A stretch of 64,000 nt of DNA, from assembly GCA_024636855.1 (NCBI GenBank), contig JAGXGG010000049.1, positions 20,362 to 84,361 on the forward strand, given 5' to 3'. Below the pieces are notes generated by a model. It saw only the letters and a list, made by a program, of their open reading frames with translations. It searched no databases and was not told the origin of the DNA. This DNA comes from Ignavibacteriota bacterium. GTDB taxonomy: Bacteria > Bacteroidota > Ignavibacteria > Kapaibacteriales > UBA2268. How positions within the stretch are numbered: position 1 is the stretch's first letter; each line of letters begins with the position of its first letter. Made by a program: the position numbers and the translations under genes. Positions 9,341 to 18,500 of this stretch are shown piece by piece.

Positions 9341-12205
9341 TTATTCAAAAGTATAAGAGAAGCCCAATGAGAAAATAGTCCCTAAGTCATATTGAGTATT
9401 GAAGTACTCTTGACCTTTGAAACGGTATAGTCTCTCCATACGAGCATCTAATATATTTCTAGCTGAGAACTTGATATTCAAATTCTCGATTAATCTTTGA
9501 CTGAAAGTAAAGTTCAGCATATTTCTTGGTTGTTCGAATACATCCGGCGTACCACCTAAACTTACATCTGATAATCTCTCACCAAATACGTTATAATGAA
9601 GTCCTACATCTGTACCCGATTCATAGTCCACGTATGCTAAATCAATATTTAGTACATAAGGGGATTGACCTTGCAATTGTCTAGTACGTGAAGCATTTGG
9701 ATCATAAGACTGTATCAATTGGTACTCTTGGTCAGATATATCAACTTGCGATTGAACTAGAGTTAAGTTTACCCCTAATTGGAAGTTTTCTAGTTCAGGT
9801 ATGAAACCTAAGTTCTTTCTTGCTTCTAATTCTAATCCGAATAGTTGAGCTGAGGCTACGTTCTTCATTTGTACGTTTCCATTTGCATTTACTATAACAC
9901 GTTCTATTGGATTAGTGAAATCTTTGTAGAAACCACTAACTGAAACAATCTCACCTGGATTCATAAACCATTCCCATCTAACATCGAAATTATCAATAAT
10001 TGATCTTTCTAAGTTAGGATTACCAATAAATGTGAATCCACCAACAAATTCGAAGAAGTCAAAATCTGCCAGCTCTCTGAAAGTAGGTCTTGCTAATGTT
10101 TTACCATAAGCAAGTCTTAAATTTTGATTGTCAGTTAGGCTATATACTGTATTAATAGAGGGTAATAAATCTGCTTCATTGATAGATGCTACAGGTAAAG
10201 TACTATCTCGACTAGTGATTGACATATCAGTAGTTTCTAGTCTAGCTCCACCTATTATTCTGAATCCTTCGACTATCTCTACATCCACCATACCGTAGAA
10301 TGCAGTTATATCTTGAGCACCTGTATAAGCATCTTTAGGTACGAAGCGATCTTGCAAGTAAATACCAAAATAGTTGAAGTTTCCAGTTGAAGCCCATTCT
10401 TTGTACCCCGAGCTATCTGCAACAAATTTATTTACATTTCCATCGAATGTCATTGGTGTTCTATTGTCGTCAATTTCTAATACATATCTATCTTGGTTGA
10501 AAGTTCTAGCAGAGCTTTGATACGCGAAACCCGTTTTGAATTTGAATGCTGTACCTACAGCTTCTGTCAATGGAATCTCTAAATCCATTTTTGCATTATT
10601 AGCCGTTTCAGTCAAATCACGGAAAAAACGAGTTGGCAAATCATAGTGATTCTCATCTACTCTCCAAGTTGTATCGCTACCGTTGATCTGGTCTGTTTCA
10701 TAAGTGAAGAATCTTAAATCAGGTTCGTTTTGTAAAGTATTAGCAGTTGACACATTCCAATCAATCTTAGCATTAGAAATACTAGCAAAGCTGTGTTCAC
10801 CAGATAACTGATAAGATTGTATATTTCTTTCAGTGTATTTAAGTGTACTTGAGCGAACAAGGTCTGTTTCTGGATATGTCTCATCATAATAAGAAAGACT
10901 CTGAGCAACAGATTCACCAGATTGATTGTAAAACAGATTAAACTTCACTCTATCAGTAGCCGTGAAATCATAAGCTACGTTAGCTAATGCTCCCCAGTTT
11001 ACTTCCGAAGTACTCTTAGAATCATTGATTAATTTACTTGATCTTAGTTCATTTGCCTCGCCTGAAGTCAACTCATAAATTGCAAATTGACCATTGTTAT
11101 AGTTATTTGTATTATTACCATAACTTAGACTAGCTAAGTAGCCCAGTGATTTACCGAATAATTGGAATTGATCACCCATATTAAATGACATGCTTCCGTT
11201 CATTGGCGCTGTAGTTTGGTGAGGTGCCATTTCAGAACTGAATTGCTTAGAAAGGTCATCTAACTTAGCAACACCAGCACCATCTGTATCTTTTTTCTTG
11301 CTTCTTATGTCTTGTAGATTTGGAATTGCATCTGCGTTTTTTACTGCGTCTGGTACACTTCTCAATCCATCGTCAAAACCTAACCAATCTGTAGAAGATC
11401 CATTGTAAGTTAATACTTCTTGTCCAGTTACTATAGTGTTTGCTGCTGAACTCAAAGAAAGGTTTGCTCTGAATTTGTCCGGGTAAGACTTAGTTTTTAT
11501 ATCCACTGATCCACCAGTGAAATCACCTGGTTTATCAGGTGTTGCAGTCTTGATTGTTACTATGTTTTCTATCATTCCGGCAGGGAATAAATCAAGGTGA
11601 ACCGACTTTTTATCTGGGTCAGAACTTGGTAGTGTTGTTCCGTTCAATTGTGTGTTAGAATATCTATCACCCAAACCACGAATAAATACGTGTTTACCAC
11701 CAACTACCGAAGCACCAGTTACATTGTTCATTGCTGCGGCTGCATCGCCTGCACCACCACGTGATATTTCCTTAGACCCAATAGCATCAGAGAATGATTG
11801 TGATTTTTGTCTTTCTTTTAGTAATGCTGCACCAGTTTCTTGTACTGCTTTAGCAGTGACTAGCACCTCTTCACTCATACTAGATTCAGTTTTCAATACG
11901 ATATCAATTTTAGTTACTTCATCAGCTTTGACTATTACATCTTTTACTTCAGTTTTAGCATATCCTATGTAAGAGAAAGTAACAGTGTAAGTACCAGGAC
12001 TTATTTTTTTGATGATATAGCTACCATCTACTTTAGTCATAGCACCTAATTTTGTATCTTTGATTTGAACTGTAGCACCTATCATAGCATCGCCATAATC
12101 TTGATCAGTTACAATACCCGAAAGGGTACCCGTTTGTGAGAATAGAGACATTGACATTATTGCCATGGCTCCGAATAGTAAGATTGTCTTAGTCAAGTAG
12201 TTCAT
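9341..12205 (-). CDS. TonB-dependent outer-membrane receptor with N-terminal carboxypeptidase-regulatory-like domain
   Basis: Signal peptide MNYLTKTILLFGAMAIMSMSLFSQ. CarboxypepD_reg-like segment (GTLSGIVTD...GATVQIKDT..GAMT..DGSY.I..I.PGTYTVTFSYIGY). Plug segment (FIRGLGDRYSNTQLNG), long beta-barrel, aromatic-rich C-terminus. Start set at the ATG at 12205, which has GGAG 9 nt upstream; the longest ORF reaches 12220. Confidence 0.88.
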   Translation of the reverse strand: MNYLTKTILLFGAMAIMSMSLFSQTGTLSGIVTDQDYGDAMIGATVQIKDTKLGAMTKVDGSYIIKKISPGTYTVTFSYIGYAKTEVKDVIVKADEVTKIDIVLKTESSMSEEVLVTAKAVQETGAALLKERQKSQSFSDAIGSKEISRGGAGDAAAAMNNVTGASVVGGKHVFIRGLGDRYSNTQLNGTTLPSSDPDKKSVHLDLFPAGMIENIVTIKTATPDKPGDFTGGSVDIKTKSYPDKFRANLSLSSAANTIVTGQEVLTYNGSSTDWLGFDDGLRSVPDAVKNADAIPNLQDIRSKKKDTDGAGVAKLDDLSKQFSSEMAPHQTTAPMNGSMSFNMGDQFQLFGKSLGYLASLSYGNNTNNYNNGQFAIYELTSGEANELRSSKLINDSKSTSEVNWGALANVAYDFTATDRVKFNLFYNQSGESVAQSLSYYDETYPETDLVRSSTLKYTERNIQSYQLSGEHSFASISNAKIDWNVSTANTLQNEPDLRFFTYETDQINGSDTTWRVDENHYDLPTRFFRDLTETANNAKMDLEIPLTEAVGTAFKFKTGFAYQSSARTFNQDRYVLEIDDNRTPMTFDGNVNKFVADSSGYKEWASTGNFNYFGIYLQDRFVPKDAYTGAQDITAFYGMVDVEIVEGFRIIGGARLETTDMSITSRDSTLPVASINEADLLPSINTVYSLTDNQNLRLAYGKTLARPTFRELADFDFFEFVGGFTFIGNPNLERSIIDNFDVRWEWFMNPGEIVSVSGFYKDFTNPIERVIVNANGNVQMKNVASAQLFGLELEARKNLGFIPELENFQLGVNLTLVQSQVDISDQEYQLIQSYDPNASRTRQLQGQSPYVLNIDLAYVDYESGTDVGLHYNVFGERLSDVSLGGTPDVFEQPRNMLNFTFSQRLIENLNIKFSARNILDARMERLYRFKGQEYFNTQYDLGTIFSLGFSYTFE

Positions 12206-12550
12206 TTTAGAGCTCCACATTTATTATTACTTGTTTGACTTGAATTGTTAATTATTTTATTTCTGTATTTAAAAATGGTAGGAAAGCTCACCGCAAAATC
12301 CGCGTTAAGTTGTGAAGCTCCGAATTGCATATTGTTAGAAATTACTCTAGACCAATACTGACGGTTCAGGGTTTGCTTCCCACCATAAAATTTTTGTTTT
12401 TGTAAACCTATTGATATATTGAATACCAGCAGATTTAATTCTGAGATTAAGTTATTCATTCATACTTTTCGAGCTTCACTTGAATTATTTCGTTTTCGTT
12501 TTTTGACACAGTGCAAAGTTGTGATATTAGATTTAAGGTATGTTGAATCT

Positions 12551-12631
12551 TGTGTTAAGATTGTGTTAAATGTGGCTTGGGTTATTAGCTTTGTTTAGCA
12601 TCTGTGAAGCTAATGTTAAGGAAGTGTTAAG
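12551..12631. promoter_or_regulatory. two pairs of 11-bp-phased TGTTAA(G/A) direct repeats upstream of the TBDR operon
   Basis: The TGTTAA core occurs at 12553, 12564, 12614 and 12625, with a weaker TGTTGAA at 12541. The array is bracketed by inverted GAGCTTCAC (12471-12479) / GTGAAGCT (12604-12611). Confidence 0.35.
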
Positions 12632-12840
12632 ATGGGGGAGGGGGTGGTTTAAAACTGAAGATAATAGCTTTTAATTAGTGGTTTGAGGTTTTATAATAAA
12701 TCAGACCAGGGGTTTGATTTGTCTTTCACACAGAGGAAAAGTATTTCTATTTACCACAAGTCATCAGATTAAGACAACAATGGGTTGCAACTTGTTGTTA
12801 CGCATTATATCACCCCGCTGAGGCGATTATGCGCTTTTTT

Positions 12841-12997
12841 AAATATTTCTGATTAGCCCCAGAGGGGCTAAATACCTGTAGCCCATTTATCTCCTATACC
12901 CATCAGCCCCAGAGGGGTTGTATAACATGGGACTAAAGTCCGAAACCGGTTTGTAAATATCATCTGTCCGTCGATTAAAACCGACGGCAATGCAATT
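12841..12997 (+). repeat. composite hairpin-repeat element, locus 1 (modules D, D', B, A)
   Basis: Modules in order. D: CTGATTAGCCCCAGAGGGGCTAAATACCTGTAGCCCAT (12849-12886). D': partial copy (12899-12926). B: ATGGGACTAAAGTCC (12927-12941). A: TCCGTCGATTAAAACCGACGGCAATGCAATT (12967-12997). The same modules occur in the same order, reverse-complemented, at 34745-35035. Module A also occurs at 40055-40086. Confidence 0.75.
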
Positions 12998-13671
12998 TAT
13001 TCATTAAGGTCAATTTCTGACAGTAGTTTGACTTCTGTTATTTCACCTTCATCATCTTCTATTATAGCGACTAATCCATTTTCTTTACTAAAATAATAAT
13101 TTGTTGTGATTGTACTAAAGTTTATTTTCATGGCATATTTTATTTGCATATAATCACCATCTTTTAAGTATGGTGCAAATTTCACATTAAAAAGTACCTC
13201 ACCATAACAAAAACCATCTCGAACTGACACATACTTAGAAGAAGAAGGTATTAGTTCAAAGAACTTTACACTGTGTTTTTTTGTTAGATAATTTGAAATT
13301 GCGATACCTTCTTTAGTCTTAATTAAATATTCTTCATCTTCAGAGACTAACGAATCTGCTTCAAATATTCTTGTTTTTAACCTAAATACCGGCAAATTAA
13401 ATTCTCTACTCCCAATACGAACATCAGAATCCCTAAAGTCAGTTACTTCCCTTTCAGTTTTGTTTTTAAATTGGAGTTCTCCTTCTTCTATACTATAAAC
13501 ATTGTAAGTTTTAATTATACCTACATTAATAGGGAAGTAAACATTCTGATATTCCATAGGGTTATCGACTGGGGTGAGTAAATCTGTTGCTTTGTCATAG
13601 ACAGAACAGGATGTTAATATTACTATTCCGATAATGAATAAAACTGTTTTTATAAGGTTATTATATTTCAT
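12997..13671 (-). CDS. hypothetical lipoprotein
   Basis: Lipobox VILTSC. No recognisable domain. Confidence 0.5.
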   Translation of the reverse strand: MKYNNLIKTVLFIIGIVILTSCSVYDKATDLLTPVDNPMEYQNVYFPINVGIIKTYNVYSIEEGELQFKNKTEREVTDFRDSDVRIGSREFNLPVFRLKTRIFEADSLVSEDEEYLIKTKEGIAISNYLTKKHSVKFFELIPSSSKYVSVRDGFCYGEVLFNVKFAPYLKDGDYMQIKYAMKINFSTITTNYYFSKENGLVAIIEDDEGEITEVKLLSEIDLNE

Positions 13672-13844
13672 TTTTTACTCTCAATTTAAAGCATACTGTT
13701 TTCATTTTAAACACCTCGTCTTGCTCCGCAATCCACCCCTCTTTTAAAAGATGGGAATTTATATTGAATAACTCGATTATCTATTCCTTAATCTAACAAA
13801 TCCCACCCATTCTCACAAATGCAAACTTTTATAAATATTCTTCG

Positions 13845-13852
13845 TATTTTTG
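13845..13852 (+). promoter_or_regulatory. Bacteroidetes-type -7 box (TAnnTTTG) upstream of asnS
   Basis: TATTTTTG, 32 nt upstream of the asnS ATG. Confidence 0.35.
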
Positions 13853-13883
13853 TTTTTTATATATTATCAAAGAATAAGAAAAT

Positions 13884-15236
13884 ATGACTGCACGTTATAA
13901 ATCATATAAATACATAGAAGATTTGCCGAAATACGATGGGCAAGAAATCACCCTAAACGGTTGGGTTTACAACAAAACGGGTAAAGGAAAATTACAATTC
14001 ATCCAACTGCGTGATGGCTCTGGAGTAGCACAATGTGTTGTTTTCCAAGGGAATGTGAGTGAAGAGGATTTCGAAAATGCGAAATCACTTACACAAGAAT
14101 CATCAATTAGTGTAACTGGTACAGTAAAGTCTAATGAGAGAGCACCAGGTGGATTTGAGCTAGATGTTATTTCACTAAAAGTATATCAGATAGCTGATGA
14201 ATATCCTATTAGTCCGAAAGAACACGGAGATGCTTTTTTGATAGAAAACCGTCATTTGTGGTTACGTTCATCACGTCAGCACGCTATCATGCGTGTACGT
14301 TCGGTTATAGTGAAAGCTATTCGTGACTTCTTGGACAATAGTGGTTTCCGTCTTATGGATTCACCTATATTGACTCCGAATGCTTGTGAGGGTACTTCTA
14401 CTTTATTCGAAACTAAGTATTTCGATTTGGGTAATGCTTATCTTTCTCAATCAGGTCAGCTGTATGCAGAAGCTTCAGCTATGGCGTTAGGCAGAACTTA
14501 TACTTTTGGTCCTACTTTTAGAGCTGAGAAATCTAAGACAAGAAAGCACTTAACTGAATTTTGGATGGTTGAACCAGAGGCAGCATTCTTCGATTTGGAA
14601 GATGATATGCAGTTAGCAGAAGACATGACAGTTTATATAGTTAAGCAAGTATTAGCTAACTGTGAAAAAGAATTAGAAACATTAGAAAGAGATTTAGAAC
14701 CTCTTAAGAAAGTAGTTGGTGGTTTCCCTCGTATGTCTTACACTGAGGCAGTTGAATGGTTACACGAAAACAAAATCCCACTTATCCAAAAAGTGGACGG
14801 TGCGGACAAAGAAATACTTCCATTCCCATGGGGCGAAGATTTCGGTACAGTACAAGAAGAAGCACTGATGGAGCAATTCGATCAACCGTGTTTCATCTAT
14901 GACTATCCTACTGAGGTAAAGGCATTCTATATGAAGCGTGATCCTGAGAACCCGAAAGTAGTGAAAGCTATGGATATGTTGGGCCCTGAGAAAGCAGGTG
15001 AACTAATAGGTGGTAGCCAAAGAGAAGACGACCACGATTTACTATTAGAAAGAATACAACACGAAGATTTACCATTGGAAGAATTCCAATGGTATTTGGA
15101 TTTGCGTAAATATGGTAGTGTACCTCACTCTGGTTTCGGTATGGGATTGGAGAGAACGGTTAAGTGGATAACAGGTGCTAAGCACATTCGCGAAACTATC
15201 CCTATGCCACGTACTATTCATAGAATCGTACCTTAA
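13884..15236 (+). CDS. asnS: asparagine--tRNA ligase
   Basis: Class IIb aaRS with N-terminal OB fold. FRAEKSKTRKHLTEFWMVEPE (AsnRS-type motif 2 region). C-terminal GFGMGLER; 450 aa. Confidence 0.92.
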   Translation: MTARYKSYKYIEDLPKYDGQEITLNGWVYNKTGKGKLQFIQLRDGSGVAQCVVFQGNVSEEDFENAKSLTQESSISVTGTVKSNERAPGGFELDVISLKVYQIADEYPISPKEHGDAFLIENRHLWLRSSRQHAIMRVRSVIVKAIRDFLDNSGFRLMDSPILTPNACEGTSTLFETKYFDLGNAYLSQSGQLYAEASAMALGRTYTFGPTFRAEKSKTRKHLTEFWMVEPEAAFFDLEDDMQLAEDMTVYIVKQVLANCEKELETLERDLEPLKKVVGGFPRMSYTEAVEWLHENKIPLIQKVDGADKEILPFPWGEDFGTVQEEALMEQFDQPCFIYDYPTEVKAFYMKRDPENPKVVKAMDMLGPEKAGELIGGSQREDDHDLLLERIQHEDLPLEEFQWYLDLRKYGSVPHSGFGMGLERTVKWITGAKHIRETIPMPRTIHRIVP

Positions 15237-15380
15237 ACAGTTAACGGAAATAGATTTATTTAATAGACCCTGACTTATCAAAGTTGGGGTTTTTTTGTAA
15301 GTTGAATTCTGACTTAGATAAATAGAATGATCCTGTAATTATGTTCTGTATAATGCAATCGGGATTATTTCTCCTAGACT

Positions 15381-15412
15381 CTTCACTTGCTTCGCTTCGT
15401 TCAGAGTGACTT
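15381..15412 (-). repeat. GTCAYYCTGA-type dispersed repeat, copy C2
   Basis: The reverse complement reads aagtcactctgaacgaagcgaagcaagtgaag. Confidence 0.55.
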
Positions 15413-15495
15413 AATCCAATGGGTTAGTACAGATTTTGAGACGTATGCACTTCGGTTTCGTTCTGCGCAATCTATACTTCTCAATACTAACGTAC

Positions 15496-15533
15496 AAAAA
15501 AAGCCGAGAAGGATAATTCCATCTCGGCTTTTA
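15496..15533 (-). terminator. rho-independent terminator of the giant surface-protein gene (bidirectional shape)
   Basis: Stem GCCGAGA (15503-15509) / TCTCGGC (15522-15528), flanked by A7 on the left and T4 on the right. Confidence 0.75.
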
Positions 15534-15558
15534 ATTTTAATTCAAATAATTGATTTTG

Positions 15559-18500
15559 TTATTTTTTAATAACAAATCGATTAGTATGTGATTCCGTTTC
15601 TGTCTCTATAGTATAGAGATAGACTCCAGCAGCTAAATTGAAAGTCTCCATACTGATTGTATAGTCGCCGGCAACTTTCTGTTCTGCATTGACTAATGTA
15701 GCTACAGCTTTACCAGTCAAGTCACGAATAACAATACTTACATTACTAGATTGTTTTAGATTGTAATCTATGTTCAATATACTAGATATCGGATTAGGGT
15801 AAACAGTCGAACTAATAGTTCGTTTGCTCAATCCATCTTCTCTAGCAATACCTGATATTGGATTTTTAATTTCAAATTCAGTACATAGAACAGTTTCACA
15901 GTGGAAACATTCACAATCTAAGAACTCGTAACGTATGCAAAGTTTAACACTCAGCTTACATTTCTCAGCCGAAGTAAATGGTATGTCTAACCTGTAGTCA
16001 GGTAAGAACTCGTCTAGAGAGTCACAATCCTTACTATCCCAAGTAACTGAAGGAGTATTCAATCCAGTAGCACTATTGCCAGCCCAATCGGTTGCGCTTT
16101 GGAATATAGCTCCTGTATTGTAAGTAGTAACTTGACCACCACATTGTTCAGTAATGATAGCACTTATTATAGTAGCTCTAACTCGTTTCAAGTTAGCTCC
16201 ACTTGTATTTATAGCATTACTCATAAAGAAGCTAGTACCTTCAGTCTGACCCGCTTCTAATGGCTTCACGTTGACATCGAAAGGACATTCACAGCCTTCA
16301 TCCTTCTTACAATCAGGGATTACAATACATGTTTCTTCCTTACATACTGCATTACCAGCCGCATCATTCAACTGAACTACAAAGCAAATAGTATCACCGA
16401 CAGAAGCTGTAGTAATAAAATCAGCTAACACTGTAGTCATAGTTGCAGGAGGCAAAGTTGTAGGTGTTATGTTAGAAAAAATTGCATCAGTCGAAATTAA
16501 AGTAATTGTAGTAGAACTAGTTAGATTACTTTGTAATAGCATATTCAGACCATAGATTTGATTACCTTTTTGGTCTAAACCTTTACAATCGACTCTAACT
16601 CTTTCTATAATGAGACACGAATCATCCTTACATTCTGGTATCACTATACATATTTCTTTTTCACATACAGTTCTTTGTTCTTTGTCTTTTAACTCAACTG
16701 TGAAGCAGATAGTATCACCAGCCGAAGCCGTTGTGATGAAATCAGCCAAAATAGTAGTTAATGTACCAGATACCAAGGTGGTTGGTGACAAGTTAAAGAA
16801 ACTTGCATCAACAGAGGTTAAACTAATAGTCGTAGTATAGCCAACATTACTTTGTAACAGTAAATTCAGACCATAGATCTGGTTGCCTTTTTCATCCAAA
16901 CCTTTACATTCTATTTCATATCCTTTATCTATCAGACATGTATCCTTTACCTCTTTCTCTTTTGCAACAACACAAGCATTGTTCGACTCTGTTGATAAAC
17001 AGACACCAGGTAAACCAGCTGGAATAGTTTGTACAGCAAATGAATTGCAAGCTGTGTCATTGACTGCTGTTGCACTAGGTATAGTAGCAGGAACTAATAT
17101 TTCTAAAGTAGCACCAGCTGCAAGTGAAATACCTGAGTTCGCATTTACTTTATAAGAATAAGTAGTTGCAACAGCACCATAGGTACCAGCAAGAGCTCCA
17201 ACAGGATCAGTTATTCCACAGAAACCACCACATTCACTCGAACGAGATGGATTCTTCTGAATACCAAGAGTAGAAGTATTATAAGTAGCAGTAAATCCAG
17301 CAGGAGTACTTGTTATTGCTCCATCAGCAGGATTATAAGGTAAGTCAAACTGACTATTTCTAGGATTATAAGGTGGTAATACGCTAATATCTCCAACCCA
17401 AGGTGCTATGTCAAGCAAGCAAATTTGAGTCAGTGGAGTATTACCAGAGTTTATAACACTTAGTTTATATTCAGCAGTTTGTCCTTGAGGTATATCTGCT
17501 ATATTAGCCCAAGCAGCGCCAGAAATTATTAGTCTGACCTCTTTCTTAGTTTGCAACTGAGCTATGGCATTAACAGTCATATAAGCAACATTAGATGTTA
17601 CTATAGGTGAATTGTCTGCATCGAAATCAAATGTATTCTCATGCTGACCAGCCAATACAGGTGGGTCTTCAGCTAAAGCTACGTCGAATTCAATTAAGAA
17701 GAATTCCACTGAGCCATCACAATTAGCTGGAAGAACTGGGAAGCTCCACAATAGGCTATTGTCACCAACTGATGGTGAGGTTATAGTACCACCTATTTGT
17801 GTAGGAACCGTAGTTGTGAATAAATCACAATTCGGATTGTAAGCATTCACATTATAGTTAAAACTACCATAGAAGTAACTTTCATTTCCTACATAAGTAA
17901 AGCCAGAAGGAAGATTATCAGTTATAGTAGCTAAAGAAGCGTCTAGATTACCTACATTAGCCACAGCCAATCTGTATCTAACTGTATCACCTGGCATAAA
18001 TGGACCATTAGGGTTAATTGCACCATTGTCACACTCACCTGTGAATAGCTTAACAGCTATAACATTAGGTGAAGTAGTATCGACTGAGGTATCTACTTCA
18101 TCAAATAGATGTAGCGTATCTGCATGAACAGCCATAGGGTTGTTTGCTATGTAACCAGGTGTCAATGGAAGACCAGTTTTGAAATTTGTAGCTCTCGCAC
18201 AAACATCCAAATACTCTCTTACAATCGTATTAACTGGTATAGTGTCATAGGTCCATTTTATCCTACAAATATCTGCTGGTAGGGTACTTTCTACTTTTGC
18301 ACCTACTGTGGTATATGTAAATGTAACAGCAGGAACTGTATTACAACTTGACCCATTCCACGTGTAAACCTCTACTGTGACTGGTAGTATAGCTGGGTCA
18401 TTTGGTATATCAGTTTGTATCTTATTAACATCAACATCTCCTGAGAGAGTATCTTCGATTATCACAGGGCCTTGGGCAATAGTCCCAATGTTTCTGTACC

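Noticed and set aside
12202-12459. 85-aa minus-strand ORF overlapping the TBDR start
   Set aside because: It overlaps the receptor's ribosome-binding region and has no recognisable domain or signal. It is most likely part of the leader or promoter region.
12634-12647. G-quadruplex at GGGGGAGGGGGTGG
   Set aside because: It has only three G-tracts, one of them 2 nt long, which is not enough for a canonical four-tract quadruplex.
12221-12996. Cobalamin or other known riboswitch in the long leader of the TonB-dependent receptor
   Set aside because: No B12-box (GCCACTG) or other riboswitch core that I recognise is present on the minus strand. The region is better described by direct repeats and hairpin repeats.
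12780-12997. Possible CRISPR array or tRNA-like genes in the hairpin-rich gaps (also 34745-35035 and 40010-40090)
   Set aside because: The repeats differ from one another and are not regularly spaced with unique spacers, and no cas genes are present. None of the hairpin clusters folds into a cloverleaf with a T-loop (GTTCRANYC) signature.
15387-15569. 60-aa ORF between asnS and the giant surface-protein gene
   Set aside because: It spans a GTCAYYCTGA repeat copy and the bidirectional terminator at 15503-15528, so it is not plausible as a gene.
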